Source: Escherichia phage BA14. Taken from it: a stretch of 39,816 nt of DNA. Every line of letters starts with the position of its first letter. The stretch's first letter is position 1. Positions 26,217 to 36,209 of this stretch are shown here, one piece after another. The notes under the pieces were generated by a model. The model did no database searches. It saw nothing but the letters and a program-made list of their open reading frames with translations, and was not told the DNA's origin. The stretch is taken from sequence record NC_011040.1, one strand, 5' to 3'. The position numbers and the translations under genes were made by a program.

Positions 26217-26239
26217 CAATACGACTCACTATTGGGAAG
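26217..26239 (+). promoter_or_regulatory. Phage RNAP promoter cAATACGACTCACTATTGGGAAG (phi13-like)
   Basis: T7-family promoter between gene 12 and gene 13. Confidence 0.8.
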
Positions 26240-26267
26240 GGGTTTTATACTATAGGAGAGAAACTCT

Positions 26268-26681
26268 ATGTTAATAATCAGACCTACCAAAGAATCAGAC
26301 TTCGAGAGATTCACACCGTCACCTGAAGACATCGCTGAGGCAAAAGCCTATGGCATTGAACCTTCATTTCCACCAGCCTCTGAGTGTGTCACTATGTCTC
26401 TTCATGGGATGCCTGTGGCTATTGGTGGTAACTGTGGAGACCAAGTGTGGTTCGTAACGTCTGCCCGTGTGTGGAAACTGAGCATTAAGACACGAAGAGA
26501 GTTCCGCAAGCTCATTCTAGAGTACCGCGATACGATGCTAAAACAGTATCCAATAATCTGGAACTATGTCTGGATAGGCAATAAGTCCCACATTAGGTTC
26601 TTGAAGTCTATCGGTGCGGTATTCCACAATGAGTTTACTGGTGACAGTAATCAATTCCAACTATTCACAATAGGAGGTTAA
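26268..26681 (+). CDS. 13: Internal virion protein A (gp13)
   Basis: 137 aa; GDQVWFVTSARV and IGAVFH.EFTGD blocks; position as T7 gp13. Confidence 0.85.
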   Translation: MLIIRPTKESDFERFTPSPEDIAEAKAYGIEPSFPPASECVTMSLHGMPVAIGGNCGDQVWFVTSARVWKLSIKTRREFRKLILEYRDTMLKQYPIIWNYVWIGNKSHIRFLKSIGAVFHNEFTGDSNQFQLFTIGG

Positions 26682-26683
26682 CT

Positions 26684-27289
26684 ATGTGCTGGATGGCTGC
26701 AATCCCTATCGCTATGCAAGGCGCTTCCATGATTATGGGAGGCATGCAGGGTGAACAGGCAAAGGCCGCACAGATTGACCAAGGTCGTCGTCAAAGTATG
26801 CAGATGCTGAAGGAGATGAACTACAACGAAGCTAACCTTAAGTTAGAATCCCGTGACCTCATTGACTCCACCGTGCAAGAGATGACCCAATCGAATATGA
26901 ACCGTGTGAGAAACATGGGGACTATCCGCGCGGCAATCGGTGAAGGGATGCTTGAAGGTAACTCTATGGAACGTGTAACCCGCGTTACCGAGGGTGACTT
27001 CCTTCGAGAGTCTCAAGGTCTCACTGAGAACTACCAACGTGACTATAGTGTCATCTTAGGGAAGCGTTTAGCTAACCATGAGAACACCGTGAGTCAAATT
27101 AATGAAATCAACAAGTCTGAACCTAAGCTGAAAGGCAAGCTGGAACAAATCATTGACCCATTGGGTTTAGGTTTAACCAAGCTGGTCGATGTGGCTACTG
27201 CTGGTAGTCCGTTAACCAATAAGTTAGGCAAGAAGGTGGCCTCTAAGGTTAAGGCTTCAGATGCTAAATCTACCGGACAAGGTAAATAA
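26684..27289 (+). CDS. 14: Internal virion protein B (gp14)
   Basis: 201 aa; N-terminus MCW.AAIPIA and IRAAIGEGMLEGNSMERV.RVTEG match T7 gp14. Confidence 0.9.
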   Translation: MCWMAAIPIAMQGASMIMGGMQGEQAKAAQIDQGRRQSMQMLKEMNYNEANLKLESRDLIDSTVQEMTQSNMNRVRNMGTIRAAIGEGMLEGNSMERVTRVTEGDFLRESQGLTENYQRDYSVILGKRLANHENTVSQINEINKSEPKLKGKLEQIIDPLGLGLTKLVDVATAGSPLTNKLGKKVASKVKASDAKSTGQGK

Positions 27290-27303
27290 AGGAGGTACAG
27301 TTT

Positions 27304-29583
27304 ATGAGTAAGTTAGCTCAAGCATTGGGTGGCATGAACGCTCCGTCTACTAGTCGTCTGCGTGGCACTGGTCGTGTGGAAGTGAAGGCTTCAACCGTCT
27401 ATGAAGACCCTAAGTATGCCAAGAAGTCCGCTCTGATTGGCACTGTAGGTAAACTTGCTGAGATGGGTGCGGATGCCTACATGAAGTATGACCAGCACCA
27501 GAAGGACAAGGCAGACGAACGCTCTAACGAGATTATTCGTAAGCTGACTCCTGAGCAACGTCGAGAGGCCATTAAGAATGGGACACTGTTATATCAGGAT
27601 GACCCTTACGCGATGGAAGCCCTCAAGACTAAGACTGGTCGTAACGCTGCGTATCTTGTAGATGACGAAGTGGCACAGAAGGTGAAGAACGGTGAGTTCC
27701 GTACTCGTCAAGAGTTGGAAGAGTTCCGTCACAGCCGACTGCAAGAAGCCGCTAAGAACTATGCGGAACAGTTCGGTATCGACGAGACTGATGAGCACTA
27801 TCAGAAAGGTTTCAACTCCGACATCACTGAACGTAACATCGCCCTCTATGGTGCCCACGATAACTTCCTGAGTGACCAAGCTAAGAAGGGTGCTGTCATC
27901 AACAGTCGCGTAGAGTTGAACTCCGTGTTGAACGACCCGGAAACCCTGCGCTCTCCACATGCTGGTGAGTTCTTTGAGAACTACTTCAGTGCTGGATTGA
28001 CGACTGGTAGTATTCCTAGTGATGACCAAGCGTTCACAATGATTAGCCAAGGTCTGTCTGACGTGGTTAACCGTGAAGGTGGCGGTCAGTTCCTGCAACA
28101 GATTGAGAACCGTAAGGTGAAACTCCACGGAAAAGAGACAACCTTCAAGGAACTGATGGGTGCCGAACAGTGGAACAATCTGATGGTTAAGGCTCAACAT
28201 AATGAGTTCCAGTTGAATGCTAAGAAGACCGAGGCGTTCCAACTTAATGTGAACTCTGCGTTGAACCAAGAGAACGTGAACACTGGCTGGGAACAGTTGC
28301 AATCCATCAAGGCTGAACTGGACACACTGCAACCGGGCGAAGAGATGACACCTGAACGTCAGGCGTTAATCAATGCACAGACGCAGATGCAGGACAGGAT
28401 GAAGCGGGAGACCGCTGAGTTAGCCAAGCAGATGGACAAGCAACAGAAGTCGATGAACAAGATGAACGTCATTGACGCACAGTTCCAGAAGCGGCTCAAT
28501 GGTCAGTATGTGTCTACTGCGTATGGCGATATGCCTACCAACGAGAACACTGGTGAGTTCACCCATAGTGACATGGTTAACTATGCGAACAAGAAGTTAG
28601 CCGACATTGACGCTATGGACATCCCTGCTGAACAGAAGGACCGAATGAAGCTGGACTACCTCAAGGCTGACTCTGAGAAGGGTGCTTTCCGTACTGCGGT
28701 TGGTGAACTTATTGGGGACGCTGAGAAGGAGTGGACGTCCGCTGTGATTAACGGGAAGATGCCCGAAGATGGTGGAGTGGCACTTAATGCTCTTCGTCGT
28801 GTTCGTAATGCTGACCCTGAGTTGTTCGCTGCGCTGTATCCTGATAAGGCCGAGATGTTCCTCACTATGGACATGATGGACAACCAAGGGATTGACCCGC
28901 AAATCCTGCTGGATGCAGATAAGGCTCGACAGTCTCTTACCAAAGAGATGCAGTACGAGGATGACAAGGCTTGGGCTTCGCTGAAGAACAACTCCGAGTC
29001 TCCCGAACTGTCCCGTATGCCAGCAACCTTGGACGCTGGTGCTCGTAAGATTTATGACTCTGTGAAGTACCGTACTGGCAATGCTGACATGGCGATGCAA
29101 CAGGTCGATAAGTATCTCAAAGAGAACACAACGACTCTCACTGGTGATGGTGTTGACGGTGATACCATTGGTGTCTTAACGAGAAACGCTCTGCGTGTTA
29201 CTGATGACCCGGACTCTTGGAAACAAGGTAAGGACATTATTGACACAGCCGCTAAGAAACTCGCTGAGACTAACCCTTGGGTTACTAACAAGCAACTCAC
29301 TGTGTTTGAGCGTGGTGACTCTATCTATCTGATGGACACGACCGGACAGGTAAACATTCGGTATGACAAGCAGTTGCTCTCTAAGATGTACCAAGAGAAC
29401 CAAGCGAAGCTGGACGAGGAAGCCCGTAACAAGGCACTCAAAGATGCCAACAAGCGAACCCTGCATACACGAGCTATGAACCGCAAGCGTGAACGTGAAG
29501 CTAAGAAGCCTAAACGCTCTGGCAGCATGTACGATAGCGTAAGTGGTAAAGGTATTCTGGATACGCTGACTGGTAAAGACTAA
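27304..29583 (+). CDS. 15: Internal virion protein C (gp15)
   Basis: 759-aa ORF with RBS AAGGAGG; size and position of T7 gp15. Confidence 0.9.
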   Translation: MSKLAQALGGMNAPSTSRLRGTGRVEVKASTVYEDPKYAKKSALIGTVGKLAEMGADAYMKYDQHQKDKADERSNEIIRKLTPEQRREAIKNGTLLYQDDPYAMEALKTKTGRNAAYLVDDEVAQKVKNGEFRTRQELEEFRHSRLQEAAKNYAEQFGIDETDEHYQKGFNSDITERNIALYGAHDNFLSDQAKKGAVINSRVELNSVLNDPETLRSPHAGEFFENYFSAGLTTGSIPSDDQAFTMISQGLSDVVNREGGGQFLQQIENRKVKLHGKETTFKELMGAEQWNNLMVKAQHNEFQLNAKKTEAFQLNVNSALNQENVNTGWEQLQSIKAELDTLQPGEEMTPERQALINAQTQMQDRMKRETAELAKQMDKQQKSMNKMNVIDAQFQKRLNGQYVSTAYGDMPTNENTGEFTHSDMVNYANKKLADIDAMDIPAEQKDRMKLDYLKADSEKGAFRTAVGELIGDAEKEWTSAVINGKMPEDGGVALNALRRVRNADPELFAALYPDKAEMFLTMDMMDNQGIDPQILLDADKARQSLTKEMQYEDDKAWASLKNNSESPELSRMPATLDAGARKIYDSVKYRTGNADMAMQQVDKYLKENTTTLTGDGVDGDTIGVLTRNALRVTDDPDSWKQGKDIIDTAAKKLAETNPWVTNKQLTVFERGDSIYLMDTTGQVNIRYDKQLLSKMYQENQAKLDEEARNKALKDANKRTLHTRAMNRKREREAKKPKRSGSMYDSVSGKGILDTLTGKD

Positions 29584-29606
29584 CAGACCACGATAGGAGG
29601 TTCCAA

Positions 29607-32600
29607 GTGGATAAGTATAACCCGAACGAACCGCATGAATATGATGCGTTATTTCAACAAGCTGCTGACACACATGGAGTCTCCTATGGCCTTCTTCGGA
29701 AGGTCGGTTGGGTAGAGTCCCGCTTTAAACCTACGGCTCAATCACCAACAGGGCCGAGAGGTGTCATGCAGTTCACTAAGGCAACTGGTCAGGCTTATGG
29801 TCTCCAGAACGATGAGGACTTCACTGACCCGGCTAAGTCCATTGATGCAGGTGCTCGTTACCTTGCAGACCTCGTTAAGAAGTACGATGGCGATGAACTT
29901 AAAGCCGCCCTAGCGTACAACCAAGGTGAAGGGCGTAATGGTAAGCCACAACTGGAAGCCTACGATTCTGGTAACTTTGCCAGCATTGGGGATGAAGGTC
30001 GTAACTACCTGCGTTCACTTCTGGATGTTGCTAAGTCACCTAAGAGTGGGGACATTGAGTCATTCGGTGGTATCACCCCAAAGGCTAAAGGGATTCCGTT
30101 TGATGCTGCGATGAGTGGTATCGGGAAGAAAGGAAAGGTAACAACTGAACTCCCTGAGTCTCACGAAATGTCCTTTCAAGGTAAAGAACAGGCCGCTCCC
30201 AATCAGCCATTCGGAAAAGATTATTGGGAAGCCAAAGGTACAACTCTTGACGAAGCAAACGAGCGTTCAACCTTCTTCGGATTTGGTAATGCTGCCGAAG
30301 CAGAACTCTCTAACTCAACATTGGGTGTTGCCTTCCGTGCTGGTAAGCGTGACAATGGTTTCGATGTTCTTACTGACGTACTTCAACCGACACGGTTTAA
30401 TAGCCACATTTGGACGCCTGAAGAACTCAATAAGATTCGTACTGAAGTGAAGAACCCTGCGTACATGAACGTTGTGCTTGGTGGTTCCGCTGAGAACCTT
30501 GACGAGCTAATCAAGATGGCTAACGAGAACTTCGAGGCTGACGCTAAGGCTGCTGAGGCTGGCCTCGGTGCCAAGCTGTCTGCTGGTCTTATTGGCGCTG
30601 GTGTTGACCCATTGACCTATGTTCCAATCGCTGGGGCTACCGCCAAGGGATTCAAGCTGGTGAACAAAGCGTTGGTTGTTGGTGCTCAAGCAGGTATGCT
30701 CAACGTTGCCTCTGAAGGTCTCCGCACATCGGTTGCTGGTGGTGATGCTCACTATGCTGAAGCTGCCCTTGCTGGGATGTTACTGGCAGGTGGACTGACT
30801 GCTGTGGCAGATGGTGTTGCCGCTGGTCTCCGTAAGTCTGGTGCTGAACAGATTGAGAACCCCTTTGCTGCTGCACAGATGCGTTTTGAGGCTCGTGAGA
30901 CTGCCCGTAACACTGGTGGTTATGACGCAAGCCGTATGCCTCCTAGTGAAGACCGAGTGTTCTCACAGCACAACGGCGTTGAGTATGCACCACTGGAAAC
31001 TGAACCGGGTGCTGTAGTGCTGAAGGATGGTTCCATTATCAGTGACACCAACCTAGCGAACCCCATGACAGCCAAAGAGTTTGCCGAGGTAGACCCTGAA
31101 CGTGCTGCTTGGGGCTTGCCTATGCGTGGCCTGAGTGAAATCGGTTTGAGAACTCTACGTTCTGAACATGCAGAAATCCGTGGACTAGCTAAGGACTTAG
31201 TGCGCTCACCTACAGGTATGGAGTCTGGCTCACATGGTAAGTTTGGGGCTACCGCCTCCGACATCAAAGAGCGCCTACACAGTAACAACCAGCGAACCTA
31301 CAATGACCTCTATGGTGCAATGAAGGAAGCTATGGCTGACCCTGAGTGGTCTGTGGGTATGTTCAAGCAGGGTGCCCAAGGTGCTCGTCAGGAAATCTAT
31401 CGTCGTGTTGCAATCGCTATTGAGCGTCCAGAACTTCAGGCTAACTTGACCAAGGCAGAACGTAAGGTGATGGACATCATGAAGGAACACTTTGACCTCA
31501 AGCGTGAGATGATGGAGAACCCGTCAATGTTCGGTAACAAGGCCAACTCTATCTTCCCTAACAGTCGTCACAAAGGGACTTACGTTCCTCATGTGTACTC
31601 ACGGGAAGCCAAGCAGTTGTACTCACAGGCTCTCGGTGGCTCTGATGGTTTACAGGAAGCAATCGCTGCAAGCTGGATGACCTCTTACCGTTCACGTCCA
31701 GAAGTTAAGGCTCGTGTAGATGAGCACTTAGCGGAAACCTTGGGTATCGACGTTAAGGCTGTTACCGAAGAGATGGTCATGAAACATGCCAGCGACAAGG
31801 CATATGGTATTGCGAAGACTGACCAGTTCAACTCTTCCAGTGTCATTGATGACAACATTGAGGGTCTTGTGGGCATTGAGAACAACTCATTCCTTGAAGC
31901 CCGTAACCTGTTCGATTCTGACATGCCTGTAACGCTTCCTAACGGACAACAGTTCTCTGTGAATGACTTGCGTGACTTCGACATGAAACACGTTATGCCA
32001 GCCTATGACCGCCGTGTTGATGGTGATATTGCTATCATGGGTGGTACAGGGAAGACTACGGCTGAACTGAAGGACGCTATCATGGCTCTCGATAAGAAGT
32101 CAGAAGGGAAAGGTACGATGAAAGGTGAAGTAGAGGCACTGAAAGATACCGTTAAGATTCTCACTGGTCGTGCTCGTCGCAATCATGATACTGTAGGTGA
32201 CACTATGTTTCGTGCTCTGTCCGATATGTCATTCTTTACGAAGAACGCGTACATGGGCTTGCAGAACCTAACTGAAATCTCCGGTCTCTTAGCGAAGGGT
32301 AACACTCGTGCGATGCTGCATGGTATCCCCGCTCTGCGTGACTTAGCGTTCCGCAACAAGCCAGTGTCCGGTAAGGAACTCAAGGAACTCCACTCAATGG
32401 TGTTTGGCAAAGAGTTCGACGACCTGATTCGTCCTGCGCGTCAAGACATTATTCAGCGACTTCGTGAGTCAACCGATACTCCAGATTTGGCTGCTAAGGT
32501 TGTGGGGACTATCAAGCACACGACTCAAGAGTTAGCGGCTCGCTCCCCGTTCACCAAGTTCCTAAATGGTACATCAAACTACATTCTCGACATGGCTCGA

Positions 32601-33554
32601 CAGGGTGTGATGGGTGATGTGGTCACTCATGCTATCACTGGCAAGGGTGCCAACAAGTGGATTAAGAAGGACATGCTGAAGTCTGCGAGTATCTCAAAGG
32701 AACAGTGGGAAGGCATTCAGAACCTCATCCGTGAGAACGTCACTCAAGGTGCTGACGGTAAGTACACCTTCAAGGACAAGCGCAAGCTGGCTAATGACCC
32801 TCGTGCTATGGACTTGTGGCGCTTAGCTGATAAGGTTGCCGATGAGACAATGCTGAGACCTCACAAGGTTTCACTTCAGGATTCCCATGCGTTTGGTGCC
32901 GCTGCCAAGCTGGTGCTTCAGTTCAAGTCCTTTGTCATCAAGTCGATGAACGCTAAGTTTATCCGCTCTGGTCACGAAGCTATGAAGAACCATCGTGCTA
33001 TGGACATGGCGCTGACCTATGCTATCTCTGGTGGCATTGCTGGCTCCTACTATGTTGCACAGGCTCACTTGAAAGCTGCTGGTCTTCCTAAAGAGCAACA
33101 GAAGGATTACTTGAAGAAAGCTCTCGACCCGAAGATGATTGCCTACGCTGCGGCCTCCCGAAGTTCACACTTAGGGTCTCCGTTGAGTATCGCTAACTTC
33201 GCTATGGGTGCTGCTGGTTACGACCAAGGTCTTATGGTTCGCTCTACGATTCTACCGAAAGGTGATGACAAGCGCGACCGCAATAAGGCAGTGACTTCAC
33301 GTGACATGGGTGATTCCATTATGGGCGCTATTGGTGAACAGGTTCCTGCTCTTGGCTTCGCTGGTGCAACTCTTGCTGCTGGTCGAAATGCTTATGGTGT
33401 CCTTACGGCTCCTAACAAACCGACCGAGCGTGAGATGATGACTGGCTTAATGAATGCTCACCGAGAGATGATTCCTAACGACCCAATCTCTCAACAGATG
33501 CTCATTAAGTTCTATGAGGCCAACGGTGTTCACATTAAGGCTGACAAGAAGTAA
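29607..33554 (+). CDS. 16: Internal virion protein D with N-terminal lytic transglycosylase domain (gp16)
   Basis: 1315 aa from GTG 29607 (RBS AGGAGG); N-terminal SLT-like block GLLRKVGWVESRF.PTAQSPTGPRGVMQFT and long collinearity with T7 gp16. Confidence 0.95.
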   Translation: MDKYNPNEPHEYDALFQQAADTHGVSYGLLRKVGWVESRFKPTAQSPTGPRGVMQFTKATGQAYGLQNDEDFTDPAKSIDAGARYLADLVKKYDGDELKAALAYNQGEGRNGKPQLEAYDSGNFASIGDEGRNYLRSLLDVAKSPKSGDIESFGGITPKAKGIPFDAAMSGIGKKGKVTTELPESHEMSFQGKEQAAPNQPFGKDYWEAKGTTLDEANERSTFFGFGNAAEAELSNSTLGVAFRAGKRDNGFDVLTDVLQPTRFNSHIWTPEELNKIRTEVKNPAYMNVVLGGSAENLDELIKMANENFEADAKAAEAGLGAKLSAGLIGAGVDPLTYVPIAGATAKGFKLVNKALVVGAQAGMLNVASEGLRTSVAGGDAHYAEAALAGMLLAGGLTAVADGVAAGLRKSGAEQIENPFAAAQMRFEARETARNTGGYDASRMPPSEDRVFSQHNGVEYAPLETEPGAVVLKDGSIISDTNLANPMTAKEFAEVDPERAAWGLPMRGLSEIGLRTLRSEHAEIRGLAKDLVRSPTGMESGSHGKFGATASDIKERLHSNNQRTYNDLYGAMKEAMADPEWSVGMFKQGAQGARQEIYRRVAIAIERPELQANLTKAERKVMDIMKEHFDLKREMMENPSMFGNKANSIFPNSRHKGTYVPHVYSREAKQLYSQALGGSDGLQEAIAASWMTSYRSRPEVKARVDEHLAETLGIDVKAVTEEMVMKHASDKAYGIAKTDQFNSSSVIDDNIEGLVGIENNSFLEARNLFDSDMPVTLPNGQQFSVNDLRDFDMKHVMPAYDRRVDGDIAIMGGTGKTTAELKDAIMALDKKSEGKGTMKGEVEALKDTVKILTGRARRNHDTVGDTMFRALSDMSFFTKNAYMGLQNLTEISGLLAKGNTRAMLHGIPALRDLAFRNKPVSGKELKELHSMVFGKEFDDLIRPARQDIIQRLRESTDTPDLAAKVVGTIKHTTQELAARSPFTKFLNGTSNYILDMARQGVMGDVVTHAITGKGANKWIKKDMLKSASISKEQWEGIQNLIRENVTQGADGKYTFKDKRKLANDPRAMDLWRLADKVADETMLRPHKVSLQDSHAFGAAAKLVLQFKSFVIKSMNAKFIRSGHEAMKNHRAMDMALTYAISGGIAGSYYVAQAHLKAAGLPKEQQKDYLKKALDPKMIAYAAASRSSHLGSPLSIANFAMGAAGYDQGLMVRSTILPKGDDKRDRNKAVTSRDMGDSIMGAIGEQVPALGFAGATLAAGRNAYGVLTAPNKPTEREMMTGLMNAHREMIPNDPISQQMLIKFYEANGVHIKADKK

Positions 33555-33555
33555 A

Positions 33556-33578
33556 CAATACGACTCACTATTGGGAAG
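33556..33578 (+). promoter_or_regulatory. Phage RNAP promoter cAATACGACTCACTATTGGGAAG (phi17-like)
   Basis: T7-family promoter 2 nt after the gp16 stop; leader forms a GGGAAG...CTTCCC stem-loop. Confidence 0.8.
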
Positions 33579-33626
33579 GCTCTCACAGCTTCCCTCCTAT
33601 TATACCTAACCGAAAGGAGGCTACAG

Positions 33627-35594
33627 ATGGCTAATAAAATTTCCACTGTACGTACTTACCCGCTGAACGGTGCCGTGAACTTCACGATTACCTTTGAGTA
33701 TTTAGCACGTAAGTTCGTCCAAGTGACACTCATCGGGAAAGACCGTAAAGAGTTGGTTCTCAATCAGGACTATCGCTTTACCACTAAGACCCAAATCACA
33801 ACCTCCCGTACATGGACTGCCGCTGATGGTTATCAGATGATTGAGATTCGTCGATTCACATCTGCAACCGACCGTCTGGTTGACTTTGCTGATGGCTCAA
33901 TCCTTCGTGCGTATGACCTTAACATCTCACAGATTCAGACGCTGCACGTAGCTGAAGAGGCACGAGACCTAACTGCGGATACCATTGGTGTCAACAATGA
34001 TGGTCACTTGGATGCCCGTGGTCGTAAGATTGTGAACCTAGCGTTCGCCACCAGTGACTATGATGCTGTCCCACTGAAGCAAGTAAAAGAGCGCGAGTCG
34101 TCTGCTTGGAACGCTGTTAACAAGGCCAATGAACATGCTAACCGCTCTAACACTGAGGCTAACCGCTCGCGAGATGAAGCTGACCGTGCAAAACGTGAAG
34201 CTGACCGCTCAACCCAACAGGCAGGTGTCTCTACGGCACAGGCAGTTGAGTCCAAGAAGCAAGCTGACCGTTCCAACTCTGAGGCTAACCGAGCTAAAGG
34301 TTATGCTGATAGTATGACCGCAAGTGTCGCTGAGGCCAAGAAGCAAGCTGACCGTTCCAACTCTGAGGCCAATCGTGCCCGTGATGAGGCCAATCGTGCT
34401 GCCGGAGAAGTGACTAAGGCTGCTGCTGAGGTTGCCAAAGCTGCTGCACACGTTGCTACCGCTAAAGGTCATGCTGACCGCGCCAACACTGAGGCTAACC
34501 GTTCCAAAGGTGAGGCTGACCGTGCTAAGGCCGAGGCCGATAAGTTGGGCAACATGAATGGCCTAGCTGAGACAGTTGAGAAGGTTGATGCTCCAGATGT
34601 CTACTTCAAGCGTAATGTGATTGCTGGCCACCGTCTGGAGACTAAGGGTGGTTCCCATCTACACCCTAACGAGTTGAAATTGGTGAACACTAAGTCTCCT
34701 GACCAGCACTTTATCGTACAAGCATGGGGCACTGGTGACCCAAACAATAGGGCACAGGTGTTTGAACTTAGGGATAACTTAGGTCCATATGCGTTTTACA
34801 TTCAGCGAATGAAGAAGACTGACCAAACGTGGCAAATGAGTGTGAATGGCACTGTTAGCTGTGTATCCGTTGAGGCTGGTAAGGGGTTCATCTCTAAGGA
34901 CAGTACAGGCTCTATTCAAATGAAAACGTGGGGTGGCAGTTGGAACCAGTGGACATCAAATGCTGTTCCAGACATTCAGCATGACATCGAAGCCCAACAT
35001 GATGCGGCTTATCTGCTGGAGAGGGCAACCATTTGGGGCAAAGAGCACCTGTATGCTAAGTGCTTATACAACAATGGCGGTGGCGCTAACTTCTTTATCA
35101 GACATTATCTCCGTGGGACTTACTTCGACTTCAGGAGTGATGGTACTCTTAGTGGCTCGACTGGTTGGTATATCCCGCCAGATGGCAACCTGTACATCAA
35201 GAAATATGGACTGTATATTGATACGTGGGTTAACAATCGCTTGGGCGAACACGCCTACAATAAGGGCGAAGTCAACAACTTGGTCAATGGTCGTCTTACC
35301 GCTGGTCAAGGTGATGGTCGATATGTCCGCAAGAACGCTGGGTGGGCTGAGGTCTGGAAAGGCTCTGCTGGTGGTGGTGTCTCCGTAGGTCTCTCACAGG
35401 ATGTCCGATGGAGAACTATCTGGATTCAAACTCAAGGACGCTGGAACCCGGTTCAGATTGGCGATAACGGGCCATACTACATCTCTTCTATGGGTGGGTG
35501 GCTACAGTTTACAATCTCCAACAACGGGAGAACTTTCCGAAATGATGCTGACCGTAGTTCTGTACCTACGAGAATCTTAGTTCAAAACCAATAA
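33627..35594 (+). CDS. 17: Tail fiber protein (gp17)
   Basis: 655 aa; N-terminal ~150 aa and C-terminal ~90 aa match T7 gp17; central coiled-coil region is repeat-expanded. Confidence 0.95.
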   Translation: MANKISTVRTYPLNGAVNFTITFEYLARKFVQVTLIGKDRKELVLNQDYRFTTKTQITTSRTWTAADGYQMIEIRRFTSATDRLVDFADGSILRAYDLNISQIQTLHVAEEARDLTADTIGVNNDGHLDARGRKIVNLAFATSDYDAVPLKQVKERESSAWNAVNKANEHANRSNTEANRSRDEADRAKREADRSTQQAGVSTAQAVESKKQADRSNSEANRAKGYADSMTASVAEAKKQADRSNSEANRARDEANRAAGEVTKAAAEVAKAAAHVATAKGHADRANTEANRSKGEADRAKAEADKLGNMNGLAETVEKVDAPDVYFKRNVIAGHRLETKGGSHLHPNELKLVNTKSPDQHFIVQAWGTGDPNNRAQVFELRDNLGPYAFYIQRMKKTDQTWQMSVNGTVSCVSVEAGKGFISKDSTGSIQMKTWGGSWNQWTSNAVPDIQHDIEAQHDAAYLLERATIWGKEHLYAKCLYNNGGGANFFIRHYLRGTYFDFRSDGTLSGSTGWYIPPDGNLYIKKYGLYIDTWVNNRLGEHAYNKGEVNNLVNGRLTAGQGDGRYVRKNAGWAEVWKGSAGGGVSVGLSQDVRWRTIWIQTQGRWNPVQIGDNGPYYISSMGGWLQFTISNNGRTFRNDADRSSVPTRILVQNQ

Positions 35595-35642
35595 GGACAA
35601 CACACAATGACCACGGATGGTCTCAACAATAAGGAGGACACA

Positions 35643-35849
35643 ATGTTGTCTTTAGATTTTAACAACGAGGTAGTGAAGGCTGCTCCGATTGTAGGGACAG
35701 GTGTAGCCGATGGTGCTGCCCGTCTATTCTTCGGACTGTCCCTTAACGAGTGGTTCTATGTAGCCGCAATTGCCTACACAGTGGCTCAAATTGGTGCCAA
35801 GGTAGTCGATGTGATTATCAAATGGAAGAAGGAGGGTAAAGATGTCTAA
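35643..35849 (+). CDS. 17.5: Holin (gp17.5)
   Basis: 68 aa from ATG 35643 (RBS AAGGAGG); MLSLDFNNE..AAPIVGTGVAD...LNEWFYVAAIAYTV near-identical to T7 gp17.5. Confidence 0.9.
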   Translation: MLSLDFNNEVVKAAPIVGTGVADGAARLFFGLSLNEWFYVAAIAYTVAQIGAKVVDVIIKWKKEGKDV

Positions 35850-36111
35850 CGATAAATCTTTGATTCAATTCCTTGAGATGCTGGACACTGAGATGGCTCA
35901 ACGTATGCTTGCTGACTTGCAGAATGATGAACGCCGAACACCTCAACTGTACAACGCAATAGGGAAACTGTTAGAGCGCCACAAGTTCCAAGTCTCCAAG
36001 TTACAGCCAGACCGTAACATCCTTGGTGGACTTGCTGATGGCCTAGAAGAGTACCAGAACTTGGTAGGCTCCGATGGTCTGACTGAAGACGAGAAGTACA
36101 CGCTGAACTGA
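35842..36111 (+). CDS. 18: Terminase small subunit (gp18)
   Basis: 89-aa ORF overlapping the holin end, RBS GGAGGG; size and position of T7 gp18. Confidence 0.8.
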   Translation: MSNDKSLIQFLEMLDTEMAQRMLADLQNDERRTPQLYNAIGKLLERHKFQVSKLQPDRNILGGLADGLEEYQNLVGSDGLTEDEKYTLN

Positions 36112-36122
36112 TGGTAATACTC

Positions 36123-36146
36123 AAGGCCACTACATCTAGTGGTCTT
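36123..36146 (+). promoter_or_regulatory. RNase III-type hairpin (R18.5 position)
   Basis: AAGGCCACTA-catc-TAGTGGTCTT, 10-bp stem, between gene 18 and gene 18.5. Confidence 0.5.
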
Positions 36147-36209
36147 TATGAATTATCAACACAACTCACGGTGACGCTACGTGAAATCTGAGAAATGGGG
36201 AGGGTAGTT

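Noticed and set aside
34130-34550. Possible CRISPR-like array suggested by the direct repeats
   Set aside because: The repeats are in-frame coding repeats of a tail-fiber coiled coil, of irregular length and spacing, with no leader or cas context.
35607-35642. Upstream start for the holin (ORF track start 35607)
   Set aside because: ATG 35643 gives the conserved holin N-terminus MLSLDF and has an AAGGAGG RBS; the earlier ATG has a poorer RBS.
36195-36209. Upstream start for Rz (ORF track start 36195)
   Set aside because: No RBS; the GGGGAGGG that serves as RBS for ATG 36210 lies within it.
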